Source: Malacoraja senta
Lineage: Eukaryota
Direction of reading: 5' to 3'
NCBI GenBank assembly: GCA_038087875.1
Contig: CM075987.1
Coordinates: 22,630,001-22,694,000, forward strand
DNA: 64,000 nucleotides
This document shows, piece after piece, positions 50,501 through 57,834 of this stretch (positions are counted from its first letter, which is position 1; the number at the start of each line of letters is the position of its first letter). Below the pieces are notes generated by a model. That model was given only the letters and a program-made list of their open reading frames with translations. It did no database searches and was not told where the DNA came from. Both the position numbers and the translations under genes were made by a program.

Positions 50501-51916
50501 GGCATGGGCGGGAATCCCACAGAGATCCTTTCAGGTTCACTGGGCAACACTTCCTGGTTCGGTGCAAATTCAGAATTCTCGTCATTTTCTAGTGTCAGCC
50601 CATCCCCGCTACGTTGAGGCATAGTGGGATCCTTGAGCTCAGCAGGGCCTCCAGAACCCTGGCTGTAAACACTGTATGGGGCAGGTGGTGGGGGAAGGAA
50701 GCCCTGGGCTTCAACACCAGAAGCCCGACCCACTGCCTGCTGCCCTGACTCAGGAGGGGGGCAATCCACTGAAGAACAGCCCTTGACTTGGCTGAAAGGT
50801 ATCTCCAGTCGCAACAGCAGCTCCACACTGAAAGTTGCTTGCCAGGGTTTCTTTATTCTCTACCTCGCCCCCTTTGAAAAACATAGAAACAGTACCTGGG
50901 TCAGAGTCTGGGGGGTGGCCTGACTGTGGGGGGACACTGTCGAGTCTGGTAGATTGCTGAGGACATGGTTCTCGTGGGAAACTGTGTGCCCAGTCCTCTG
51001 GGTGGGCCAAGCCAGCGCCTGAGAAATTTTGCTGGTGCTGGGATGGGTGGAAGGGAGGTGGCCGACTACTGTCCTTGCGCTCTCCTCCAGCGAACTGGGA
51101 AAAAGACTCTGGCGGTGGATGCTGCTGCTGGCAGAAGCTGCCAGGAGCCTGGTTTTGGTGAGCTGGAAAAGGTGGCAGCTGGGCTGGAGAGTAGTAACTG
51201 CCGAAGCCCTGTGTCTGGGGGTCACTGGGTTGAAAGTAGTTTTGGACGGAGGGAGGCCGACTGCCGTGACTCGCCACCCACTGGGAGGAAGTGCTTGGCT
51301 GGAGCTGCGGTGGGAAAGCTGGAGCGCCGGGAGGAAAAGGAAGTGGTTCTTGCCCGTGGGAGTTCCTCGCTTGGGAAGGCGTCGCGCCGTGACGTGGCCC
51401 AAACTCGCCGCCTTCTGGCCCTAGCCCCGTGTGAAAGTACGAGGGCTCGGGGGGTAGGCTCTGCCCGGCGTCGGGAGGGGACACGGGGAAGAACTGGCCA
51501 TCACCAAAGCGTGACATCGGGGCAGGAGGCGCCGGTGCACCACATGGTTCTGACCGCTCACCCGGTGTGGTGGGCGGCCCGGGAAATGACCCCTGCGGGT
51601 TGTGCAAAGTGTCTGCGGGCCACCGAGGTGGAGCGTGGCTCCCATCTTGCTGACTCGACAAAGGTGGAGGGAGCAGCGGGCCTCCGCTGTTGGCGCTGTG
51701 CGGGGCTGCCAAGTCACCGGGGTGATTGGGCCGACTCAGTCCAAAAGGATCGGTGACCGGTGGTAGCGGGGCTCCGGAAAGCGGCGTGTTGGGCCGTCGG
51801 AAAGGGGTGTTGCGGCGGAAGACATTGGGGGTGCCCCCGCTTGGTGGGGCTCCGGCAGCATTGGCGACTCCTGGCGATGATCTCGAGGGTGGTGGCTGCA
51901 TGGCCAGGCTCTGCAT
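11439..51916 (-). CDS. SEC16A: Protein transport protein Sec16A-type (ER exit site scaffold); 29 coding exons, about 2290 aa after repairing 4 frameshifts
   Basis: Hand-spliced GT-AG exons give the N-terminus MQPPP..PVTDPF, the central conserved domain ([86 protein letters not shown]) and the C-terminus ([31 protein letters not shown]). As recalled, these are closer to human SEC16A than SEC16B. An INPP5E-like gene follows downstream. Orthologue versus paralogue is unresolved. Confidence 0.9.
12657..12728 (-). CDS. SEC16A: SEC16 coding exon 28 ([24 protein letters not shown])
   Basis: 72 nt, phase 0 to 0, donor GTAAGT. Confidence 0.92.
12830..13322 (+). mobile_element. CR1-type LINE 3' end, same young family as 397-1306
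   Basis: Near-identical reverse complement of about 410-975, ending GCACCTATTTTCTATG. Confidence 0.9.
15138..15226 (-). CDS. SEC16A: SEC16 coding exon 27 ([16 protein letters not shown])
   Basis: 89 nt, phase 1 to 0. Confidence 0.85.
15575..16000 (-). mobile_element. CpG-rich non-coding retroposon fragment with (ATTAG)n tail
   Basis: Microsatellite tail; shares GCCTTCCATCACAGTGA with the element at 54000-54760; family unassigned. Confidence 0.55.
16128..16400 (-). mobile_element. Rex1/Babar-type LINE 3' tail (similar copies at 47104-47360 and 63525-63736)
   Basis: GAGTTTATTGTCATGTGTCCC..GGACAATGAAATTCTTGC; minus strand encodes [14 protein letters not shown]. Confidence 0.7.
16593..16727 (-). 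CDS. SEC16A: SEC16 coding exon 26 ([30 protein letters not shown])
   Basis: 135 nt, phase 1 to 1. Confidence 0.94.
18203..18305 (-). CDS. SEC16A: SEC16 coding exon 25 ([19 protein letters not shown])
   Basis: 103 nt, phase 0 to 1. Confidence 0.92.
18833..19057. mobile_element. PIF/Harbinger-type MITE, 225 bp
   Basis: About 33-bp TIR AGGGCCTGTCCCACTTGGCCGTCATTTGCGCGT; TAA on both sides. Confidence 0.85.
19247..19442. mobile_element. Penelope-derived hairpin element
   Basis: 81-bp arms (19247-19327 and 19330-19410); flanking repeat ACAC(T/C)ATTGTGGTTGA. Confidence 0.85.
19581..19637 (-). CDS. SEC16A: SEC16 coding exon 24 ([19 protein letters not shown])
   Basis: 57 nt, phase 0 to 0. Confidence 0.93.
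20594..20665 (-). CDS. SEC16A: SEC16 coding exon 23 ([24 protein letters not shown])
   Basis: 72 nt, phase 0 to 0. Confidence 0.93.
22259..22438 (-). CDS. SEC16A: SEC16 coding exon 22 ([21 protein letters not shown])
   Basis: 180 nt, phase 0 to 0. Confidence 0.87.
23881..23928 (-). CDS. SEC16A: SEC16 coding exon 21, probable cassette ([16 protein letters not shown])
   Basis: 48 nt, phase 0 to 0, AAGCAG| acceptor, GTACGC donor. Confidence 0.7.
25063..25163 (-). CDS. SEC16A: SEC16 coding exon 20 ([16 protein letters not shown])
   Basis: 101 nt, phase 1 to 0, donor GTAAGG. Confidence 0.85.
26178..26426 (-). CDS. SEC16A: SEC16 coding exon 19 (Pro-rich, PHAVLDG..EQVHVNA)
   Basis: 249 nt, phase 1 to 1, donor GTTAGT. 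Confidence 0.82.
27293..27506 (-). CDS. SEC16A: SEC16 coding exon 18 ([27 protein letters not shown])
   Basis: 214 nt, phase 0 to 1. Confidence 0.9.
27604..27717 (-). CDS. SEC16A: SEC16 coding exon 17 ([27 protein letters not shown])
   Basis: 114 nt, phase 0 to 0. Confidence 0.92.
29187..29340 (-). mobile_element. Solo Penelope terminal repeat with hammerhead-like core (other solo copies near 22075, 23235 and 52165)
   Basis: Minus strand CAGT-CTGAAGA-AGGGTTTTGGCCC-GAAAC. Confidence 0.8.
30482..30622 (-). CDS. SEC16A: SEC16 coding exon 16 ([26 protein letters not shown])
   Basis: 141 nt, phase 0 to 0. Confidence 0.94.
30762..30867 (-). CDS. SEC16A: SEC16 coding exon 15 ([25 protein letters not shown])
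   Basis: 106 nt, phase 2 to 0. Confidence 0.94.
32063..32174 (-). CDS. SEC16A: SEC16 coding exon 14 ([24 protein letters not shown])
   Basis: 112 nt, phase 1 to 2. Confidence 0.94.
32894..33011 (-). CDS. SEC16A: SEC16 coding exon 13 ([26 protein letters not shown])
   Basis: 118 nt, phase 0 to 1. Confidence 0.94.
33415..33751. mobile_element. Penelope-derived hairpin element with 161-bp arms
   Basis: Arms 33415-33575 and 33591-33751; 15-nt loop TACCCTTCTTCAGAC. Confidence 0.88.
33752..34030 (+). mobile_element. V-SINE, slightly 5' truncated (further copies at about 17690-17980, 25610-25860, 29370-29650, 41330-41630, 52330-52597 and 57915-58190)
   Basis: GTAGAGTTGCTG..GGGTTCAATC head, central V-domain, GCCCGTTTCCATGCTGTATCTCTAA tail. 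Confidence 0.82.
34132..34213 (-). CDS. SEC16A: SEC16 coding exon 12 ([27 protein letters not shown])
   Basis: 82 nt, phase 2 to 0. Confidence 0.94.
35683..35780 (-). CDS. SEC16A: SEC16 coding exon 11 ([33 protein letters not shown])
   Basis: 98 nt, phase 0 to 2. Confidence 0.94.
35908..36147 (-). CDS. SEC16A: SEC16 coding exon 10 ([23 protein letters not shown])
   Basis: 240 nt, phase 0 to 0. Confidence 0.93.
36791..36929 (-). CDS. SEC16A: SEC16 coding exon 9 ([20 protein letters not shown])
   Basis: 139 nt, phase 2 to 0. Confidence 0.93.
37081..37267. mobile_element. Penelope-derived hairpin element
   Basis: About 78-bp arms; 17-bp flanking direct repeat AACATTGTGTATAAAGC. Confidence 0.88.
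38061..38581. mobile_element. PIF/Harbinger-type MITE, 521 bp
   Basis: About 133-bp imperfect TIRs starting AGGGCCTGTCCC; TAA on both sides. Confidence 0.87.
38946..39007 (-). CDS. SEC16A: SEC16 coding exon 8 ([21 protein letters not shown])
   Basis: 62 nt, phase 0 to 2; FPGPL motif. Confidence 0.93.
40201..40343 (-). CDS. SEC16A: SEC16 coding exon 7 ([25 protein letters not shown])
   Basis: 143 nt, phase 1 to 0. Confidence 0.93.
40693..40867 (-). CDS. SEC16A: SEC16 coding exon 6 ([22 protein letters not shown])
   Basis: 175 nt, phase 0 to 1. Confidence 0.9.
41750..41942 (-). CDS. SEC16A: SEC16 coding exon 5 ([31 protein letters not shown])
   Basis: 193 nt, phase 2 to 0, donor GTGAGT. Confidence 0.92.
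42373..42880. mobile_element. PIF/Harbinger-type MITE, 508 bp
   Basis: About 50-bp TIR AGGGGCTGTCCCACTG..CGACCTAATTGGCGAGTTTAG; TAA on both sides; internal CTTCGAC repeats. Confidence 0.87.
43659..43797 (-). CDS. SEC16A: SEC16 coding exon 4 ([25 protein letters not shown])
   Basis: 139 nt, phase 1 to 2, TTGTCAG|..|GTGAAT. Confidence 0.9.
45555..45651 (-). CDS. SEC16A: SEC16 coding exon 3 ([30 protein letters not shown]); 1 nt short
   Basis: TTCTCAG|..|GTAAG; 97 nt, but the flanking phases (2 in, 1 out) need 98; the Tyr-rich frame resumes after about 45620. Confidence 0.85.
46030..46625 (-). mobile_element. Degenerate Rex1/Babar-type reverse transcriptase fragment
   Basis: Minus strand reads [16 protein letters not shown]; [15 protein letters not shown]. 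Confidence 0.65.
47027..47424 (+). mobile_element. Short retroposon with (AAG)n tail and 13-bp target duplication, interrupted by a Rex-type tail
   Basis: GATAAACCTGCAG at 47014-47026 and 47425-47437. Confidence 0.65.
47665..47801 (-). CDS. SEC16A: SEC16 coding exon 2 ([23 protein letters not shown])
   Basis: 137 nt, phase 0 to 2, CTTCAG|..|GTATGT. Confidence 0.9.
48523..51916 (-). CDS. SEC16A: SEC16 coding exon 1 (giant exon, acceptor at 51983); contains 3 apparent frameshifts
   Basis: Acceptor (TC)n-CCCCACAG|51983; ATG at 51916, second ATG (MQPPP) at 51901; donor YYQ|GTAACT at 48523. Conserved motifs [44 protein letters not shown] are split over track ORFs 50750-51919, 49066-50826, 48552-49142 and 48289-48687. 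Confidence 0.88.
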
Positions 51917-51989
51917 CAAGGCTGGCGCGCACAGCTCAAAACTTGTTCTCCAAGGGGTAGCAGGGCCGTCAGTCGTTCAGTGCCTGTGG

Positions 51990-52023
51990 GGAGAGAGAGA
52001 GAGAGAGAGACCGACAAAGAGAG
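51990..52023 (+). repeat. (GA)n microsatellite forming the polypyrimidine tract of the giant-exon acceptor; another (GA)n at 10770-10797
   Basis: Directly visible. Confidence 0.85.
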
Positions 52024-53999
52024 AGTCACTTTTCAGGTTCAGCGAGACAGACCGTTACTTCTCAAGTGCACAGAGATTTTCAATTGAAAACGGCCACCAA
52101 CTGAAGTTTGAAACTGGACATGACGTTCAAGTCAAATATGTGAAAATATTCCCACAACCTCAAGACAAAAGAGACACAAAAAGTTGCAGATGCTGAACCT
52201 TGAGCAAAAACAAACTGCTGGAGGAACAGCGGATCAAGCAGCGTGGGGAAGGAAAAGAACATACACGTCGGTCAATATATCATTGATCTATGTTCTTCAG
52301 ACAGAACGTTCCCGACTTGAAATGTCAGTCCACCTGGTCCAAGTCAACCACCGATCACCCGTTCACACTAGGTCAATGTTATCCCAGTGTCTCATCCACT
52401 AGGGGCAATTTACAGAGGCCAATTAAGCCACATACACACACGTCTTTGGGATATGGGGGGAAAACTGGAATACCCGGTGGAAACCCATGTGGTCTCAGGA
52501 AAATCGTGCAAACTCCACAGACTGTACCCGAGGTCAAGATCGAACCCAAGTCTCTGATGCTGAGGAGCAACGGCTCTACCAGCTGCGCCACTGTGCTTTG
52601 GTTCAGAAAGTGTGCAGTTCTGTCATTTTAATTCCAAGTCGAATGATCGAATTTACCGGATCTAAAATACTTTGCTACTTTGGCCCATTCGCTCATGCTG
52701 GAAAGAGTGCAGAGATTTACGAGAATGTTGCCAGGACTCGCGGACATGAACAATAGGGAGAGGGTTGGCAGGCTATGACTTTATACCTTGGAGCGCACAA
52801 AGCTAAAGGGTGATCTTATAGAGGTGTATAAAATCATGGGGAATAGAAAGGATAAATGCTGAGTTTTATATCAAGGGTAACTTTTTCACTCGGAGGTGGC
52901 AGGTATGTGGATTGAGCCACCAGAAGAGGTAGTTGAGACAAGTACTATAACACCATTTAAACACTTGGACAGGATCATGGATAGGAAATGGTTAGAGAGA
53001 TATGGGCCAAAGATGGGCAAGTGGAACTTGCTTAGATGGGGCATCATGGGTGGCATGCAGTTGAAGGGCCTGTTCCTGTGCTGTAAGATGTCTTTCTAAA
53101 TGGATGCTTCCATTCATATCACACATAATACCATCTACCTTTGCAGAATCTGTTAAGCTGGAATAATTCAGCAGCTCAGGCACTGACCCACACGTCACCT
53201 ATCCATTTTCTCCAGCGAGACAGCCTAACCACAGTTACACCAGCATTTTGTGTCTATCTTCAATTGACAATCAATTGAAGATAGACACAATACCCGTTTA
53301 AGGTCATAAGTGATAGGAGCAGAATTAGACCATTCGGCCCATCAAGTCGACTATGCCATTCAATCATGGCTGATTTATCTATCCCCCTTAACCCCATTCT
53401 CCTTCCTTCTCCCCATAACCCGACACCCGTACTAATCAAGAAGTTTAAATTGGAACGTGTATAAAAACTAATAACCACTTTTATCACACTGGCTGCCAAG
53501 AGTATACTCAACATTATTGGCTACGAGTACGAAAGATGCCACAAATATGATGGTGTAGAAATTAATCCAAACTAGCATAAGTCCACAGGATCAAAATGAA
53601 CCTGGGGACTGCAGAATCAGAAACATTTTCAGCACCAGACAACTTACAGTGTTGTGTTGTGCCCACTACATTCTGCTCTCTGCAGAGGGATACAACTTTG
53701 TACCAATGAAAATCTGCCAGCTTACCCATCCAAACCAGTGACTCATTCTTACATCAATCCACTGTTCAAAGCATCCGTGGAATTAATTTTTTACAAAACT
53801 GAAATACACCAAATAAGTTCCATCAGTTAATGTGTATTTAGAACAAAGCATTACAGCACAGCACTGCAATCTCACTAGTGGAACAACACAGCCCAATTGT
53901 TCTTTGAAACCTCAGGGGCGGAATGGAAAGTGCATTTTACAAGCGATCTCATCATAATAGGGTTCAGGGTGCAGCGCCCCTGGTGAACCACTAGGGGTA

Positions 54000-54760
54000 C
54001 CACACGATTGGCAGCCCCGCCAACAGTCTGTTTTTTCATCTTCGTTATTTTAGTGTTTTTAAAAGTTTGTGTTAACGTTCTCTGGTTTGTTTTATGTGGG
54101 GGAAGGGGGAGGGAGGGGTCTGGGGGAAACCTTTTTTTTCTCCAATTTTCTTACCTTGCTGGAGATGCGATTGTTTTCCGGGTCGTATCTCCGGTCGCTC
54201 TGCGGCCTAACATCATGGAGCTGGAGGCCTCGCTCGGGACTGACATTGAGCCCCGCCGCGGGGCATGGACTTGCCATCGGGGCCGATCCCTTGCTTGGGA
54301 TCGACGCTCCAACCGCGGCCTGCATTGAGAGCTCGCAGTCTCGGGTAGAGACTGTAGATGTCGGGAGCTCCAACGGTGCAGAAGGTTCGACAAGCCCCGA
54401 CCCGGGGTAGATTGCTCGGCACGGGGAGCTGAGATTTCCCCTTCCCCCCCCCCCCCCCCCGATGCAGGAGCTGATTAACCCGACGCAAAAGGCCCAACCT
54501 CCGGCTACGGGAGTAAGATCGTCCCGGCAACGGAAGGCTCGAGGCCCCCGACCGCGGGAGAACAAAGAAGGGAAGAGATTGAACTTTTTTCCGCCTTCCA
54601 TCACAGTGATGAATGTGGAGGAATCAGTGGTGGATGTATATGTTAAAATGTATTTTGTGTGTTCTCTTGCTTTTTATTTGTATGACTGACTTGGCAAATG
54701 AAATTCCTCGGTGTTGAAAACATACTTTGCTAATAAAGTATTATTGTATTGTGTTGTCTG
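54000..54760 (+). mobile_element. CpG-rich non-coding retroposon with AATAAA and (ATTGT)n tail; possibly related element at about 60470-60925
   Basis: GC-rich body; Rex-like tail ATGAAATTCCTCG..AATAAAG. Confidence 0.55.
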
Positions 54761-56439
54761 GTATTGAAGGATAATAATTGTCCACATTGAGGTGGGATTG
54801 TTTTCACTAACGAGTCAGGGATATTCAAAAATAAATGTTTGAACATTAAATTCTTGAACATAAATTATGTTTGAGAAAATAACATGTAAAACGGATGTAC
54901 CAACGTTAGAAATTGGAACAGGACTACACGAATCATTCTCCCAAACCTCCCCTCACGTTCAAGATCATGGCTGATCTTTTACTTCAAACACCTCAGGCAG
55001 TGCATTCAAGACCACAACACAATATAAATAAACTACACACCTTCCTTAGTGGTGCAATGTGAAAAAATGTTCACCTTCCCACTGCTCCTTATTATAAATC
55101 TAGGCTCTTTGGTTACCACCTCACCTGCCAGTGCCATCATTTTTCCTCACATTACAAAAAACCCACAATTTTGAACAATTAGCTCTCACATTGTCCTCCT
55201 TCACCAAGGTCTGTTCACATGATTGAACTCACTCCAATACATCTCCAATACACCCTTAAAGATTTTCATGTTTCCTTACAACAGATGCTGCCATTCGGCC
55301 ACCAAGTCCATGCCAATCCTCAGAGAAGTCCCATTCTACACCCCTCGTTTCTGTGTAATCCAAGGTGCTCAGGATTGAACACATGACATCACTTGATATG
55401 CAATGAATTGATGCTAGGCTATTTACTTGTTCACTTGGGTTATATATAAATATTTATTAGTAAATCTGGCTTCTCTCCTTCCCATTTACTGCACAGCATA
55501 TCAGTTCACAACCAAAAAATATTCATGTGTCCTTGCAAAGTAGCAAATACTTCTTTCCCCCACTAAAGCTTGCAGCATCATGAATCTGACATTCCATATA
55601 TTATATATGCTGTGTTTTAAAAGGATGTGCCCACTGACAACTAACTGAAAAGGGCCCAAAATGGCACGCAACCAGGTGGAGCAGGAAGGGCGGTTGTGAG
55701 AAGAATAGGTTCATCTGGGCGGTGGTGATGTTCATCTGGGCGGTGGTGATATTTATACAGCTCACTAGCCTCAACCAATTTCTTCTAATTATTTTCAGCC
55801 CATCTGAACACATTTATATTGCTTTGAAAACAACCCTAACCCCTCTTCTTTCCATGCCCAAAACAGTGAGAGATAATTTTTCTCACCTCTCTAATAATTT
55901 CTCACATATTTATGGCAGTTGGAATTCTACAGCTAAAAGGTTTCTTCATATTCTATACAATCTTAAAACTTCAATTGAGTCTCTTAAAAATCATCTCCTT
56001 TCCAAGGAAAGCAGCAACAGGTACGCTTTTTCTGATAGTTCTTTTTTTTTTTTTAATTGGAGCTCAGCTATTATTCTCATATATCTTTGATGCATTCTCT
56101 CCAGGGTCAGTATTTTCACATGCAATGAGACCAGTCCATGCGTTTTGAACTTGGATATCTTTGGAAATAAATGCCAGTACGTATGTTATTCCATTTTGTT
56201 AATAAGCACGTGGTTCCAATTTGCCTCAGCAGCCAAGCCAGGCTACCCAGCCCTGGCCATTACTATTGGACTTTGAATGAATAGCAACGACAGGTTTAAG
56301 TTCAAGGGCAACAACCAATGCAGCTGACATGCAGAGTAAAAAAAACAAAGGTAAATTAATAATAATATTTGCACACAAGAATACATGGCAGTACTTCAAG
56401 CAAAGGGCTACATGGCAATGAATCTCACCATGAAATGGG

Positions 56440-56915
56440 AGCACAGGAGAAGATGACAGCGAGGAGCAGGCCCGTTAGAGAAAGAAGATGGCATGGGTTA
56501 GGGCATAAGAGAAAGGACGTGTGAGAGAGGGGATGAGAAAGAGAGAGAGGATGGCGAGGGGGGTGCAAGAAGAAAGGATCACCGGGGAGAAAAGAGACGG
56601 TGAAGGGGGCGTGCGAGAGAAATAGGATGGCGAGGAGGACGGGGAGCAAGAGCGAATGAGGACAACGAGGGGAACAAGAGAAAGAAAGGATAGCAAGGTG
56701 GGGAAGATAAAGAAAGGAGGGCAAGGAGAAGGAGGGCACAAGAGACAGATGATGGTGAGGTGCGAGAGCAAGGATGATGGGGAGAGGATGGCAAGGGGGG
56801 GGTTCAAGAGAAAGATGAAGGGAAGATGTGTGGACAAGAGGAGAAAAAGGGGAATGAGAATGAGGGGGGTGGGGAAAGAAAACAGGATTGAGGGGGGCTG
56901 TGAGAAAGAGAAGAG
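56440..56915 (+). repeat. Purine-rich low-complexity tract
   Basis: Strongly G/A-biased for about 470 bp. Confidence 0.85.
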
Positions 56916-57609
56916 CAATCATATGCTGTAGCCTGGCTCTCACACAGGTCCACAACTAAAACAAACCATCTCCCAGAAACAGTCCAGAAACAATCTGCCA
57001 ACTGTTCAAATAATCAAACGCCGTCACTGAGCTGCACCCATAATGACCGATTTATTACATACTGCTGGCTTGCCCGGATATCCTGCATTGTAAACACAGC
57101 CAGGATTTCAGCCAAGCATAGATGGAGTGTGTGAAAAGAAAACAAACTAAGATGATACAATCCAGATTGATATGTAGCACCATTATGACAAATCAGATTA
57201 CACTGTATGCAACCAGGTACTTCCCACTAAATAAAGCAAGTCACTGGTTAAAAATTATTTCCCCATCCATGAATAATTTAAGAATTTTAAGGCTTGATGT
57301 GACAAATGTCATTTACACAACAAGACGCAACTGTGCTACTGTAGGTATTCTGTCCTCTGCTGCTTAACAACACGTAGGGAGGGCAGTACAGTAGGCGCAA
57401 ACATTCTTCATCGGTACATCTTTCTCACTAAGTCTACATATGTTGTATCTTACAATAATTGTTCTGGTTAGCTCAAAACTCTAGTTTTTGCACTGGATTT
57501 CAACAAAAGTAAAATATCTATATTCATCTAATTCCTAGTTATATGTTAGAAAACAGACATTGTCCCAACTTTATCCTGTATCTGTACACTCTGGACAGCT
57601 CGATTGTAA

Positions 57610-57834
57610 TAGACAAAATGCTGGAGTAACTCAGCGGACAGGCAGCGTCTCTGGAGAGAAGGAATGGCTGACGTTTCAGGTCGAGACTCTTCTTCAGACT
57701 GATTTCTCATCTGAAGGGTCTCGAAACGAAACGTTACCCAATCCTTCTCTCTCGAGATGCTGCCTGTCCCGCTGAGGTACTCTAGCATTTTGTGTCTATC
57801 TTCGTGTTAAACCAGCATCTGCAGTTCTTTCTAC
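57610..57834. mobile_element. Penelope-derived inverted pair (older similar pairs at about 32290-32490, 53140-53260 and 58213-58425)
   Basis: Inverted terminal-repeat copies; flanking ACAGCT(C/T)GATTG. Confidence 0.8.

Noticed and set aside
48523-50830. Micro-introns or programmed frameshifting to rescue the giant exon
   Set aside because: No convincing GT-AG pair restores frame without removing conserved motifs; the shifts go in both directions and lack slippery heptamers.
49165-52196. Long + strand ORFs (e.g. 50965-51756, 263 aa)
   Set aside because: Antisense shadows of the GC-rich giant exon; no recognisable domain.
55709-55750. 21-bp tandem duplication GTTCATCTGGGCGGTGGTGAT (also a 14-bp duplication near 44098, poly-G near 37545-37565 and (AAT)n near 41090)
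   Set aside because: Ordinary slippage repeats with no further structure.
56425-57001. Leu/Pro/Ser-rich ORFs up to 176 aa
   Set aside because: Low-complexity sequence lacking stop codons.
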